This document shows positions 30,187 through 40,535 of a stretch of 64,000 bases of DNA, one piece after another; the stretch's first letter is position 1; each line of letters starts with the position of its first letter. The stretch is from Treponemataceae bacterium. GTDB taxonomy: Bacteria > Spirochaetota > Spirochaetia > Treponematales > Rectinemataceae. A program made the translations under genes and the position numbers. The notes below the pieces were generated by a model that saw only the letters and a list, made by a program, of their open reading frames with translations, had not been told where the DNA came from and ran no database searches. The stretch spans positions 1,376,001-1,440,000 of the forward strand of contig CAXXHO010000003.1 of assembly GCA_963667725.2 (NCBI GenBank). Direction: 5' to 3'.

Positions 30187-32166
30187 TTATTTTTTGGCGC
30201 TGAGCTTTTTATATTCGGCCGCTCTTTCCTTCTCCCAATTGGCCTTGATCTTGTCGCGTTCGGCCAGGGTGATGACCTTGTCGCCGACGATCATGCCCTT
30301 GAACTTATACTCGTCGTTGCCGTAGGCGGCGAAGGGAATAGTGTAGGGAACGATCCTCGTGACGGCGAAACCGCCGCCGTAGGACATATAGGGAAGAGCG
30401 ATGGCGTCGTCGAGGATCTGGGCTTCCGCTTCGGCGAAGAGCTTGAAGCGTTTGACCTGATCATTGTAGACGTTGTTGCCGGCTTCGACTTTCTTCGCGT
30501 ATTCATAGAGACCAACCGCCGTGGCGGCTTTGTAGTCGCTGGACTTGGGATCGGAGGTGGCATCGAGACCGATCTGAATGAGTACGGCGCCGATTTCGGG
30601 TTCGAGTGTCTGGAGGAAGGTGTAGGGATCTCCAAAGTCTGGACCCCAGCCGGTGTAACCACCGATGTCGTAGTTGGACTGAGAACCGGATTCGGCGTAG
30701 TAGGTGGAGGCATCGGCGTTGTCGGTGTCCATCTCGACGACGTTGACGATGAGGGTGTCTGTTCCGAAAACTGCCTCGAGGTTGGCTTTCATCGACCTAT
30801 CGCCCCTCAATCCCTTGGTGTAGGAAATATCGGTAGCGGTATCGAGCTGGATGGGGAACTTCACGCCCTTGGCGGTGAGTTCGGCCTTAGCCTTGGCCAT
30901 ATAGGCCTTCGCCTTGGTCGGATTGAAGTAGGGATCCTGGGCGTCGTCGATTTTGAAGGAGGCCGGGAAGTCGGCGGGATTCCGCGCCTTCAGGGCATCT
31001 TCGACATATTTGGTATAGTCTTTTCCGGCCTTGTCTTTGCTGAGTTCGGTGCCGGTGTATGAGTTGCGGATAGCCGCGAGCTTGTTCACGTCGCCGTTGC
31101 GCTGCGCGAGAATCGTCGGCCTGTCGATGCCGAAGAAAATGGCCTTCCTGAAGTTTCTGTTCAGGATAGCTTTCTGGGTGTCGGCCTGTTCCTTCTCGCT
31201 CTTGGGGGTCTTGCCTTTGGTGGGGTCGGCCGGGGAGGCGAAGGCGTTGCGGTCATAGTTGAAGGCGTAGAGGAAGGTGGTGGAATCCTGCCTGGCTCTG
31301 TAGATGTTTTCCTTATATTTGGCCTGGGCGCGGGCGAAAAGGGCTTCGTTGTCCGTATTCACCTGGGCGGAGGCGTAGATGCCGGCGTCGAAATTGTTGA
31401 AACGGGAATCGGGATCCTTGCCGTCGTCATAGACGAGTTTGATGTGCTGGACGGTTACGTGGGCCTTGTCCCAGTAGCTGGGATTGGCATCGTATTCCAT
31501 GACGGATTTGGAGGTGAAGTTGGAAAGGACATAGGCTCCGTTGTAGAGGATGCCGTTCTTGTCCACCTTGCCGAAATCCTTGTCCTTGGCTTTGAGGAAC
31601 TCGCCGTTGACAGGCATGTAGGGATTGTAGGTAAGCATGGTATCGAAATAGGGGATCGGCTTATCCAGAGTGTACTCAAGAACATAATCGCTCTTGGCCT
31701 TGACGCCGACCTGGGCGAAATCGGTGATGGTGCCGGCCAGGTACTTGTCGGCATTCTTCACGAATCCCGAGATAAGGTAGGTGAGGGTGCTCTTTTTATC
31801 GAGCATGAATTTCATGGCGTCCACCCAGTCCTGAGCCTTGACGTCGGCATAGACTTCGAGGTCGCCCGTCACCCATTTGACGCCTTTGCGGATATTGAAA
31901 GTCCAGACCGTGGCGTCGGCGTTGGAAGAATAGCTTTCGGCCAGTGCCGGTCTGAGGATGCCGTATTTGTCGTGTTCGAGGAGACAATCAACGAAATTGA
32001 CGGTATGGATTGAAGTCGTCTGGCGCTGGCTTTCCAGGTAGTTGAAGGTACGAGGATCGCTGGTGAAGACGTTGACGTAGTCCTTCGATTTTGGGGTAGC
32101 GGCGCCCGCTGTGCCTGCGAAAAGCACAGCGAGGACGGCTACTGCTAATAAAGTTTTCTTCAGCAT
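30187..32166 (-). CDS. oppA: Oligopeptide ABC substrate-binding protein (AmiA/AliA-like)
   Basis: Start MLKKTLLAVAV at 32166 after GGAGG; LYNGAY, NFRKAIFFGIDR and GWGPDFGDPYTFL. Confidence 0.9.
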   Translation of the reverse strand: MLKKTLLAVAVLAVLFAGTAGAATPKSKDYVNVFTSDPRTFNYLESQRQTTSIHTVNFVDCLLEHDKYGILRPALAESYSSNADATVWTFNIRKGVKWVTGDLEVYADVKAQDWVDAMKFMLDKKSTLTYLISGFVKNADKYLAGTITDFAQVGVKAKSDYVLEYTLDKPIPYFDTMLTYNPYMPVNGEFLKAKDKDFGKVDKNGILYNGAYVLSNFTSKSVMEYDANPSYWDKAHVTVQHIKLVYDDGKDPDSRFNNFDAGIYASAQVNTDNEALFARAQAKYKENIYRARQDSTTFLYAFNYDRNAFASPADPTKGKTPKSEKEQADTQKAILNRNFRKAIFFGIDRPTILAQRNGDVNKLAAIRNSYTGTELSKDKAGKDYTKYVEDALKARNPADFPASFKIDDAQDPYFNPTKAKAYMAKAKAELTAKGVKFPIQLDTATDISYTKGLRGDRSMKANLEAVFGTDTLIVNVVEMDTDNADASTYYAESGSQSNYDIGGYTGWGPDFGDPYTFLQTLEPEIGAVLIQIGLDATSDPKSSDYKAATAVGLYEYAKKVEAGNNVYNDQVKRFKLFAEAEAQILDDAIALPYMSYGGGFAVTRIVPYTIPFAAYGNDEYKFKGMIVGDKVITLAERDKIKANWEKERAAEYKKLSAKK

Positions 32167-32377
32167 TTCTGCCTCCCGATGATATCCACTTGCGTGGATT
32201 TCGATTTTTTCGCCATCCATCACGTGCTTGATGGCGATGTATATCCTCATTCATTCTTATCACTTTATCTCCACAAGTCAACAGCTGATATGATGAAAGT
32301 CCGCTCAAGGCAATGGCGACAAGGCTGTACCTTTTCGGAGTTTTGGATAATAGTAAGGTAGTTTCGTTTCAGGAAGA

Positions 32378-32920
32378 ATGATGATGACGAGCAGACGACC
32401 GACAGCGCAAGCCTCCGGCAAGAAGCCCCCCCTCCCGCTTTCCCTGATGCTTACGGCCTTCATATGCGCCGCGGGGATCGTTGTGGCCTGCCTTAAAAGA
32501 AGCGCCAGTTTCAGCATCGCTTTCGGCGACACGCTGATGATAGGCGCCTTCGCGATGTTCGGCCTTTCCTGGGTCGGATACCTCAAAAAGGACGGCATCA
32601 GGTTCATTCCGCCTCGGAAGTCTTCCGACGCGAGGCCTCCGGAATCATGGGCGGATCGCGTGCCTTCCTTGGGGGAAGCCCCCTCCCCGCCTCCTCCGAT
32701 CCCCGGAGCTGATGGTCCGGACAGCGAGAATTATCAACGTCTCACCGAAGCGGAAAACCGGTTGAGGGAAAAAATATTGGGTCGAGGGGTTGAGGGGGAT
32801 GAAAAAGCGACATCTTCCTCGAAAAACCAGGGGTTCGCGAAGAGCGGCGCCGCAGCAGGGCTCATGCTCATGATTCTCGCCCTTTGCTTCGAGTATCTCA
32901 TTCCCCTTCTGCTGCATTAA
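32378..32920 (+). CDS. Hypothetical membrane protein (3 predicted TMs, Pro-rich loop)
   Basis: Fills the gap divergent from oppA; AGGAAG before ATG; hydrophobic segments. Confidence 0.55.
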   Translation: MMMTSRRPTAQASGKKPPLPLSLMLTAFICAAGIVVACLKRSASFSIAFGDTLMIGAFAMFGLSWVGYLKKDGIRFIPPRKSSDARPPESWADRVPSLGEAPSPPPPIPGADGPDSENYQRLTEAENRLREKILGRGVEGDEKATSSSKNQGFAKSGAAAGLMLMILALCFEYLIPLLLH

Positions 32921-32928
32921 TGCCGGTT

Positions 32929-33447
32929 CTAGCCGTTCCTTCGCTTTTTGAGGGAATGCGCGAGATACAGGATGAAGGAAATCGGGTAGCCGCCCACGGC
33001 GAGAAGAATAGGCAGCTGCATGCTGAGATCGTAATCGTAGATAGGCCCCTTGAGGACAGTCCGCGGTCCCACCTTCAGCTGATATAGTATCATAATGGCC
33101 GAGAAGGCCAGCCCCAAGCCGATAGCCAGCCAGCCCAGCCCCTTCGCGGCGGTAAAAAAACCGGCGTTCTCCGTCGCCAGGGAAACGCCCAGGAGAAGCC
33201 CGCAGGCGAAGGCTACGGCTATGATGGCGGTATCGATGGCCAAGGCGCTGAGAATCAGGGCATGCATCGCATCGGCGTCCTTGGCCGGCGCCACGGATTG
33301 CTGTTCAGCCGTCCAGCGGCGAGCCGTGCGCCATGCCCGGTAGTGTTCCGATGTGTCGATCGTGGCGAAAACAGCGAAAAAGGCGCACGCGGAAGCCAGG
33401 ATGAGGAGAGCCTTGGCGCTGGTATGATACGACACTCGAGTCTTCAT
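32929..33447 (-). CDS. Hypothetical membrane protein (4 predicted TMs)
   Basis: GAGG RBS; four hydrophobic helices; basic C-terminus. Confidence 0.6.
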   Translation of the reverse strand: MKTRVSYHTSAKALLILASACAFFAVFATIDTSEHYRAWRTARRWTAEQQSVAPAKDADAMHALILSALAIDTAIIAVAFACGLLLGVSLATENAGFFTAAKGLGWLAIGLGLAFSAIMILYQLKVGPRTVLKGPIYDYDLSMQLPILLAVGGYPISFILYLAHSLKKRRNG

Positions 33448-33529
33448 GCCTCAACTATACGACGAGCGGGGCCGCGACGCAACGATGCCGCGGCCCCGCT
33501 CCACTCTACGTCCAGATCGGACAGATGGT

Positions 33530-34981
33530 TCAGCGCACCTCGGCGATAGCCTCATCGAGCATCTGCTGGAGCATCGCCTGGGGCGGTTCCTTGATGTAGC
33601 CCATGGCCATCATGTCCTTGGTCAGATTCCTCGAGGCGGCGATGTCGGCCATAGCCTTGTCGTAGACTTCCTGCCATGTCGCCTGGACCCTGGCCACGCC
33701 CTCGGCGATGGCCTGCATGGCGACGTCTGCGGCTTCCACGGCGAAAACCTCGGTTTCGGACATGGTCGCGACGATGTTGTCGGGCGTGATGCCCCGCTTC
33801 TTGGCGAAGTCGGCGAGGGAGTGGGCGCAGCGTATTGCCATGCCGTCGGTGATCTTGCGGGCGCGCACGGCCAGGGCTCCTTTCAGAATGCCGGGGAAGC
33901 AGACGGAGTTGTTCACCTGGTTGGGGAAGTCACCGCGGCCGGTGGCCACGATGAAGGCGCCTTCTTCCTTGGCCGCGTAGGGCCAGATTTCAGGCACGGG
34001 GTTGGCGCAACAGAAGACGATGGACTTGGGCGCCATCGAGTGTACCCATTCGCGCTTGACGGTATCGGGGCCGGGGGTCGAGAGGGCGATGAGGACATCG
34101 GCGCCCTTGAGGGCTTCGGCTTCCGTGGCGACGCGCTTAGGGTTCGTGGCCTGGCAGAGCTCCCATTTCCTGTAGAGCCTCGGGTCGGCCTCGATGTCCT
34201 TGCGGTCAGCGTGGAGCGAACCTTTCGTGTCGAACATCACCATGTTCTCGCCCTTGCCGCCATCGGTCATGATGAGGCGGGCGATGGTCGTGTTGGAAGC
34301 GCCGGCACCCAGGAATACAATTTTGGCCTCTGAGAGCTTCTTGCCCGCGAGGGAGAGAGCGTTGAGAACGCCCGCCAGGGTGACAGAGGCTGTGCCCTGG
34401 GCATCGTCATGCCATACGGGGATGTCGCAGGATTCGCGCAGCTCGTCCAGGACCTTGTAGCAGTTGGGCTGGCTGATGTCTTCGAGATTGACCGCTCCCA
34501 CCGAGGGCTGGAGCATCTTCACGAACTCGATGATCTTGTCGGGGTCGTGCTTGCCGTCCTTGCCCCGCGAATCGACGCAGAGGGCGATGCAGTCGACGCC
34601 GCCCAGGTATTTCATGAGGAAGGCTTTTCCTTCCATGACACCCAAGCCTCCAGGGGGCGTGCAGTCGCCGTCGCCCAGGACGCGGGTGGAATCGGATACT
34701 ACGGCGACGAGGTTACCCCTGTTGGAAAGGGCGAAGGATTCGTCGTTGTTGTCGCGAATCGTCGTGGAAACCTTGGAAACGCCGGGGGTATACCATACAT
34801 TGAACCAGTTAAAACCATAGACGCCGGCCTTGGGCACGGTCTGCATTTTGCCGCCGTAGAACTTATGCGCCTGAATGGAAAGCTTCTTGAGAAAGAGGGT
34901 CTGGGCGCGGGCTTTCTGGTCTTGGGTGAAGTCTTCGGGGAAGGCTTGGGAAAGGTTGGAGAGACTCAATTCCAACTTCAT
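33530..34981 (-). CDS. NAD(P)-dependent malic enzyme
   Basis: YTPGVS, VMEGKA, NLEDI, WHDDAQGT, GAGAS and TGRGDFPNQVNN. Confidence 0.93.
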   Translation of the reverse strand: MKLELSLSNLSQAFPEDFTQDQKARAQTLFLKKLSIQAHKFYGGKMQTVPKAGVYGFNWFNVWYTPGVSKVSTTIRDNNDESFALSNRGNLVAVVSDSTRVLGDGDCTPPGGLGVMEGKAFLMKYLGGVDCIALCVDSRGKDGKHDPDKIIEFVKMLQPSVGAVNLEDISQPNCYKVLDELRESCDIPVWHDDAQGTASVTLAGVLNALSLAGKKLSEAKIVFLGAGASNTTIARLIMTDGGKGENMVMFDTKGSLHADRKDIEADPRLYRKWELCQATNPKRVATEAEALKGADVLIALSTPGPDTVKREWVHSMAPKSIVFCCANPVPEIWPYAAKEEGAFIVATGRGDFPNQVNNSVCFPGILKGALAVRARKITDGMAIRCAHSLADFAKKRGITPDNIVATMSETEVFAVEAADVAMQAIAEGVARVQATWQEVYDKAMADIAASRNLTKDMMAMGYIKEPPQAMLQQMLDEAIAEVR

Positions 34982-35119
34982 TAAGGTACCGTCCTTGTCA
35001 AATGGTTTGAGGAATGCGCGTAGCGCGCGAACGTTTTATAGTATCATAAGCCCACGCGCATCCACAAGGATTTATCGGGCTTCCTTAAGGGCAATTGGAT
35101 AATTTATTAACGCCTTGAA

Positions 35120-36106
35120 TCAGGAAATTCCCGTCAAAGCCTTTATGTACTGAAGGCGCATGTACTCATCGGGCTTGCCCGAATTATAGGCGGAAAGCTT
35201 GCCGCGCATGCTGTCCACCGAAGAGAACCCCTGGGCTTCGATAAGCGTCTTGAGGTCGTCGATGATCGTGCCTATCGCCTTCCAGCCGTCCTTGTAGATG
35301 GCTGAACATACCTGCGTTACGCTCGCGCCGGCGAGAATGAACTTAGCCGCGGTCTCGGCGTCGTGGATGCCTGTGGCGCCGGCCAGTTCGATGCCCGCGC
35401 GCTGAAAAAGGAGGGCGGTCCAGCGCAGGCTGTCGTGATATTCATCGGCGGTGCTCAAGGGCTGCGCGCGCACCAGTTTCATCCCCCCGATATCGATGTC
35501 GAACCTATAGAAACGGTTGAAGAGGACGAGGGCGTTGGCTCCTTCCTTCGAGATGTTGTTGGCGAGATGAGGAAGGCTGGAGTAGTGGGACCCGAGCTTC
35601 ACTTCGATGGGCAGCCTGGTGGAGAGTCTGGCTTCCTTGATCGTGGAAAGCACTCTGTTCTCGATATCTTTGGAGCTCAGCGCGGTGGAGTGCGGCATAT
35701 AGGCGATATTCAGCTCGAGGACATCGGCGCCGGCTTCCTCGATCCGCTTGGTGAAGGAAGCCCAGGTTCCCGTGCCGACGCAGTTAATGCTGGCGAATAT
35801 TGGCGTATTCCCGGCCCTAGTCTTCGATTCCTTGATGAGGTTGAGGTAAGCTTCCGTGCCTTCTTCCCAGGCTGTGCGGCTTATGAAGGCTTCAGCCTCA
35901 GGATACGCGTCGAGGTCGATGCCGATTTCCTCGGCGCCCAGCTCGGCCAGAATCTGTTCCTCGAAAAGGGATTTGAGTACGACGGCGCCGGCTCCGGCCT
36001 GTACGGCTTTTTCAACACCTTCCGGTGTTCCCGTCAGGCCCGACGCGGCTACTATAATGGGATTGGCGAGTTTCAGTCCCATGAAATTAGTGGTCAAGTC
36101 GATCAT
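35120..36106 (-). CDS. Dihydroorotate dehydrogenase-like flavoprotein
   Basis: GLKLANPIIVAASGLT, GAVVLKSLFEEQI and LVLFNRFY; start MIDLTT at 36106 after AAGGAG. Confidence 0.85.
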   Translation of the reverse strand: MIDLTTNFMGLKLANPIIVAASGLTGTPEGVEKAVQAGAGAVVLKSLFEEQILAELGAEEIGIDLDAYPEAEAFISRTAWEEGTEAYLNLIKESKTRAGNTPIFASINCVGTGTWASFTKRIEEAGADVLELNIAYMPHSTALSSKDIENRVLSTIKEARLSTRLPIEVKLGSHYSSLPHLANNISKEGANALVLFNRFYRFDIDIGGMKLVRAQPLSTADEYHDSLRWTALLFQRAGIELAGATGIHDAETAAKFILAGASVTQVCSAIYKDGWKAIGTIIDDLKTLIEAQGFSSVDSMRGKLSAYNSGKPDEYMRLQYIKALTGIS

Positions 36107-36179
36107 ATACTCTCCTTGCGTGGTTGTATCAATTTCTATTATAGCGGTTTTTCCGCCTTTCGTGGAGCGCAAAGCGGAT

Positions 36180-36213
36180 AAAAACAGGGGCGCGGCGATT
36201 TTCGCCGCGCCCC
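36180..36213 (-). terminator. Intrinsic terminator of the ABC/MBL operon
   Basis: GGGGCGCGGCGA-N3-TCGCCGCGCCCC followed by TGTTTTT on the minus strand. Confidence 0.75.
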
Positions 36214-36248
36214 ACCCTGCCCCGCAAAGAGGCTATGGAAAGTTCCCT

Positions 36249-37223
36249 CTATTTCAGGAAATCGCTCAACCTGTCGAACTGCGTCAGCGCGGTCCAGTTT
36301 CCGGCATCGTCTCCCGACAGCTTCACGCAGCCGTCGATGGCGGACGCGTAGGTCAGGGCGCCCACCTTCCTGTAGTTTTTATAAACCTGAAGGCTCGCGA
36401 AACTGTCGTGCATCATGACGGCGAATTTAGGAGCCACCGTCTTGATGAAGGATTTCGAGGAAGAGGTATCGCTGCCATGGTGGCCGACCTTTATCACATC
36501 GGCCCGCAGTTCGGCGCCGAATTTCTCGATGAGATCCAATTCGCGCGGCGTGTAGACGTCGCCCATGAAAAGCATGGTCGATTTGCCGAAGAAAAATTTC
36601 ATGACGAGGGATTTGTTGTTTATGAACTGCGTTCCGTTCGCGGGATAGCCGTCATAATATTTTATATCCGGTTCGGGATTATAGACCTTAACGTTGACGG
36701 ATTCGCCTATGGTGAACTCAGAGCCTTCCTCGAGATAGATGATTTTAATCCCGCGCGAGGCGGCCTTACTCATCAAGCCCCTGTAGATGCTGCTGTCTGA
36801 ATACACGACTTTGCTCATATAGAGCCTGTCCACGGGATACGTGGCAAGTATTTTCGCCAAGCCGCCAATATGATCGATGTGCGGATGACTCGCCACGACA
36901 GCGTCAATTTTCACGACGCCCATGGCTTCGAGGGCGGCTTCCACCTGCGGCGCGCAGTCGGGCGATCCGGCGTCGATGAGTACGACCTTGCCGTCGGGTG
37001 TCGTCACGATGCTGCTGTCTCCCGATTTTTCGTCGGTTTTAGCATCCTCAGGCAGATGTAGCTTCAGAAAGCGTACGACGAGTTTCCCCGCGTCGTCCGT
37101 CCTGTCGAATATCTGAGTATAGCGGTCCGTCCTCGGGGCTTCACCCGCCTGTTCCTGCGCGAAGGCGCCGCAGCCGGCGAAGATGAAACCGAAGGCGAAG
37201 ACGAAAGCCAGGAATTTTCTCAT
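36249..37223 (-). CDS. Exported metallo-beta-lactamase-fold hydrolase (ComEC/Rec2-like MBL domain)
   Basis: Signal peptide; GDS, LIDAG, SHPHIDHIGG, NNKSLV, FMGD and KVGHHGS. Confidence 0.88.
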   Translation of the reverse strand: MRKFLAFVFAFGFIFAGCGAFAQEQAGEAPRTDRYTQIFDRTDDAGKLVVRFLKLHLPEDAKTDEKSGDSSIVTTPDGKVVLIDAGSPDCAPQVEAALEAMGVVKIDAVVASHPHIDHIGGLAKILATYPVDRLYMSKVVYSDSSIYRGLMSKAASRGIKIIYLEEGSEFTIGESVNVKVYNPEPDIKYYDGYPANGTQFINNKSLVMKFFFGKSTMLFMGDVYTPRELDLIEKFGAELRADVIKVGHHGSDTSSSKSFIKTVAPKFAVMMHDSFASLQVYKNYRKVGALTYASAIDGCVKLSGDDAGNWTALTQFDRLSDFLK

Positions 37224-38089
37224 TTGGAGGCCGCCTTGGAGAATCCGCTGAGAATGTATTTTTGCAGGATGACGAAAAGGATTATGATGGGCACGATGGC
37301 CATGACGGCTCCGGCCATGATCTGGTTCTGGTTCATGGTCTCAAGCCCAGCGTAGGAACGCTTGAGCTCGTAGACGCCCTGGGCTATCGTCCTTCGCAGC
37401 GGCGTCGTCGTCACCATCTTGGGCCAGAAATAGGCGTTCCAGCTATCGATGAAGGTGATGATGCCCACCGTCATGATCGTCGGTTTGCACATGGGTACCA
37501 GAATCTGGAAGATGATGCCCGTCCTGCCCAGCCCCTCGAGCCTCGCCGCTTCCATGAAGCTGTCGTCCACAGCCTTGAAGGTCTGCCGCAGCATGAAAAT
37601 CATGTATGCCGAGACGGCGTTGGGGATTATCAGGCCGGCGAAGGTGTTTATCCATTTAAACTTGGCCACCATGACATAGATCGGCACGAAGGTTACCTGG
37701 ATCGGTATCATGAGAGCGCCAAGCACGACGATAAAAAGGAAATCTCTTCCGGGGAAATGACCTTTCGCGAAGCCGTATGCGGCGAATGCTCCTATCGAAA
37801 GCTGGAGGATCATGATGCCCACGGTCATGACGATTGTGTTGAAGAAATACTTGCCGAAGGGCGCCATCTTAAGGGCGTCGGCATAGTTGTGCCAGTGGAA
37901 TTCCGCCGGCCAGAGCGAGGGTACCGGCCTCAGCATCTCCTCGCTGCTTTTAAGCGAGGAGATGATCATCCAGTAGATGGGGAAGATGATAACGATCGTG
38001 ACGGCGATGGCAAGGATATACTGGAGCGCCGTCCAGACCGTTTTCATATGAAGCGCTTTATTGTTGGTCAGCGATGTGGTGTTTGACAT
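37220..38089 (-). CDS. Carbohydrate ABC permease (UgpE-like)
   Basis: FPIYWMIISSLK, SFMEAARLEG and WNAYFWP. Confidence 0.9.
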   Translation of the reverse strand: MSNTTSLTNNKALHMKTVWTALQYILAIAVTIVIIFPIYWMIISSLKSSEEMLRPVPSLWPAEFHWHNYADALKMAPFGKYFFNTIVMTVGIMILQLSIGAFAAYGFAKGHFPGRDFLFIVVLGALMIPIQVTFVPIYVMVAKFKWINTFAGLIIPNAVSAYMIFMLRQTFKAVDDSFMEAARLEGLGRTGIIFQILVPMCKPTIMTVGIITFIDSWNAYFWPKMVTTTPLRRTIAQGVYELKRSYAGLETMNQNQIMAGAVMAIVPIIILFVILQKYILSGFSKAASK

Positions 38090-38104
38090 TGTTGCGCTCC
38101 TTCC

Positions 38105-39049
38105 TCACGACTCATAGTGGACATTCTTGTCCGAAATCTTCATGGTCGCCATCGTGAAGGCGAGCAGGATGACGAAGAAAACGCAGGCGACGACGGCCGC
38201 GCGGTCCACCCTGAATTCGACGAAGGCCAGCTCGTAAATCCAGTACACCATCACGTTCGTGCTTTCATAAGGGCCGCCGCTCGTCATGACGTCGATGGAC
38301 TGGAATACTTTCATCGAAGCGATGAAGGTGGTGACGAAGAGGAAAAGCGTCGTCGGCGAGAGCAGGGGGAGTGTTATGTACCTGAAGCGCTGGAAGCCAT
38401 TGGCTCCATCGAGCTTGGCCGCTTCGTAATATTCGGGTGAAATCCCCTTCATCGCCGAGAGATAGATCATCATGCCATAGCCCACGACTCTCCATCCCGT
38501 GAGAATGAGGACCGAAGCCAAGGCTGTCTTTTCGGAATTGAGCCAGGCGACGTTTGCCAGACCGAAAAGATTGAGGATGTAGTTCAGGATGCCGTACTGA
38601 TCGCTCAGTATCCACATGAAGACGATGGCCGATGTGGAAACGCCGATGTATTTGGGCATGAAGACGATGGAACGCATCGCGGAAAAAGGCTTGCTTTCCC
38701 TGTTAAACAGCGCCGCGAGCAGGATGCCGCCCAGCAGCGTGATGGCGATTTCCCAGAATGTGTAGGTGAAGGTAATCCTTAAGGAGGAGAGCCATGTGTC
38801 CAAACCTGAACCGGCAAAGAGCCACTTATAATTCTTGAGCCCGACGTATTTATAGTTGTCTTTGATCAGGTTCCAGTTGGTGAAGCCGATCCGGAAGAGT
38901 TCGACAATGGGGTAGTAGACGAAAGCGGCAAAAAACCCCAACGCCGGAAGAACGCAGAGAAAATCGTTCGTTTTCTCCCTTCTTCTATAATTCGGCGCTC
39001 GCGTCCGCGCCCCGGGTACTCTTGTCGCCTGTTTCGCCATTTCTTTCAC
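38105..39049 (-). CDS. Carbohydrate ABC permease (UgpA-like)
   Basis: YVGLKNY, YYEAAKLDGA and MTSGGP. Confidence 0.9.
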   Translation of the reverse strand: MKEMAKQATRVPGARTRAPNYRRREKTNDFLCVLPALGFFAAFVYYPIVELFRIGFTNWNLIKDNYKYVGLKNYKWLFAGSGLDTWLSSLRITFTYTFWEIAITLLGGILLAALFNRESKPFSAMRSIVFMPKYIGVSTSAIVFMWILSDQYGILNYILNLFGLANVAWLNSEKTALASVLILTGWRVVGYGMMIYLSAMKGISPEYYEAAKLDGANGFQRFRYITLPLLSPTTLFLFVTTFIASMKVFQSIDVMTSGGPYESTNVMVYWIYELAFVEFRVDRAAVVACVFFVILLAFTMATMKISDKNVHYES

Positions 39050-39174
39050 TCCCCCGCTTAAAATGCGGCCGACAGGCTCAAGGAAGCCTATCGGTCATTC
39101 TGAGTATCGCAACGGAACGGAGCCGTCTTGCCTTGCGCGCCGGCGGATCCGTTCTTTTCATGGCTGTGCCAGGA

Positions 39175-40455
39175 TCAGTCCTGCAGCGCCTCGTCGATGA
39201 GCTTGGCGGCCTTCTGCATGGAAGCGGCCACGTCTCCGCCTTCGATTATAACTTTCGCCATCTCCTGCATCCAGACCTTGGAGAGAGCCGAGTAGGCCGG
39301 GTGCTGGATTCGGGGATTGATATGGTCGAGGTTGTCGAACACTGCCTTGAAAGCTGGCTTCTCGACGAGGAAGGCTTTGCCTTCGGCCGTCTGCGTCACC
39401 GAGTTTCGGGTGGGCATGTAGCCGGTTTTTTCGGCCCACAGCATGTTGACTTCCTTGCCGGTGAGGTAGGAAAGCAGCTTCCATCCGGCGTTCTTCACAT
39501 CCTGCTTGTTCTTGGAAGGAATGAGAAGCACGCATCCGCCGATCTCGGAATCGCGTGTCTGGTTTCCGGGAAGGTAGTGCATGCCGACCTTGAACTTGGT
39601 GTTGGTGACGTACATGTTGTAGAGCGAGGTTGTGTGGATGACGGAGAATGTTTTGCCGTCGATGAAGTTCTGGCGCATGATGCCCGAGGCATCTTTGCCG
39701 TAAGCCCAGTAGGCCTGTTTCGCGTCGCACCACTTCTTGAGCTGTTTCGCGATTTCGACGGCCTTGGCGCTGGCGAGATCGGTGGTTTCGTTGTCGTCGT
39801 TGACGATTTTAACGCCAGAGTTGAGATAGAAGGTCTCGAAATACCACTGGTCCCAGCCGGGGATCACCGTCGCGTAACGCTGGGTGACGCCGTTGGACAC
39901 CTTGGACGCTTTCTTCATGAACTCGTCCATGTCGGCCCAGGTTTCGGGAAGCTTGATCTTCTCGGCATCGGCCATGTCTTTATTGTAGAACAGGATCTGC
40001 GTAGAGATAAGGAAGGGAAGCGATACTTGCTTGCCCTTGAAGCTCGACGCCACGCGCAGGCCAGCGCCGAAGTCCTTGATGTCGAAGCCGGTGGCGGCGA
40101 TATAGGGGTCGAGGATTTCGCACATGCCCGAATCGCCGTACTGGGCGATGTAGGGAGTGTTCGCTACCGTGACGGCGGGAAGCGTCGTTCCGGCGGCCTG
40201 GGCGGCGATGAGCTTCTCGTTGAGGTCGGCGTAGCTGCCCTGATAGATCGCTTCGACATCGATCATGGGATTCTGTTTCTCGAAATCGGCGACGACTTTG
40301 TCGATAAGGGGCGCATACTGGGCTTCCATGGCATGCCACCACTGGATCTTGATGGGCGCCTTGACCGCGTATTTGTCGGCATCCGCCGCGCCCACGCTAA
40401 GGGTTGCCGCCACCATCATCGACAGGGCAATGATCGTAAAGAACGTTCTTTTCAT
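39175..40455 (-). CDS. ABC substrate-binding protein (UgpB-like)
   Basis: Signal peptide; IQWWHAM, YQGSY, SLPFLISTQILFYNKD and WAEKTGYMPTR. Confidence 0.88.
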   Translation of the reverse strand: MKRTFFTIIALSMMVAATLSVGAADADKYAVKAPIKIQWWHAMEAQYAPLIDKVVADFEKQNPMIDVEAIYQGSYADLNEKLIAAQAAGTTLPAVTVANTPYIAQYGDSGMCEILDPYIAATGFDIKDFGAGLRVASSFKGKQVSLPFLISTQILFYNKDMADAEKIKLPETWADMDEFMKKASKVSNGVTQRYATVIPGWDQWYFETFYLNSGVKIVNDDNETTDLASAKAVEIAKQLKKWCDAKQAYWAYGKDASGIMRQNFIDGKTFSVIHTTSLYNMYVTNTKFKVGMHYLPGNQTRDSEIGGCVLLIPSKNKQDVKNAGWKLLSYLTGKEVNMLWAEKTGYMPTRNSVTQTAEGKAFLVEKPAFKAVFDNLDHINPRIQHPAYSALSKVWMQEMAKVIIEGGDVAASMQKAAKLIDEALQD

Positions 40456-40535
40456 GGTCTCCTCCTTGGCTCGTTTCCGAGCTGATGAATATCGATTCCG
40501 CCGTATCGGATGTCCTTACGGCAAAGATCCCTTGA

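Noticed and set aside
36249..37223. Competence gene comEC or an antibiotic beta-lactamase
   Set aside because: No membrane competence domain; context is a solute-uptake operon
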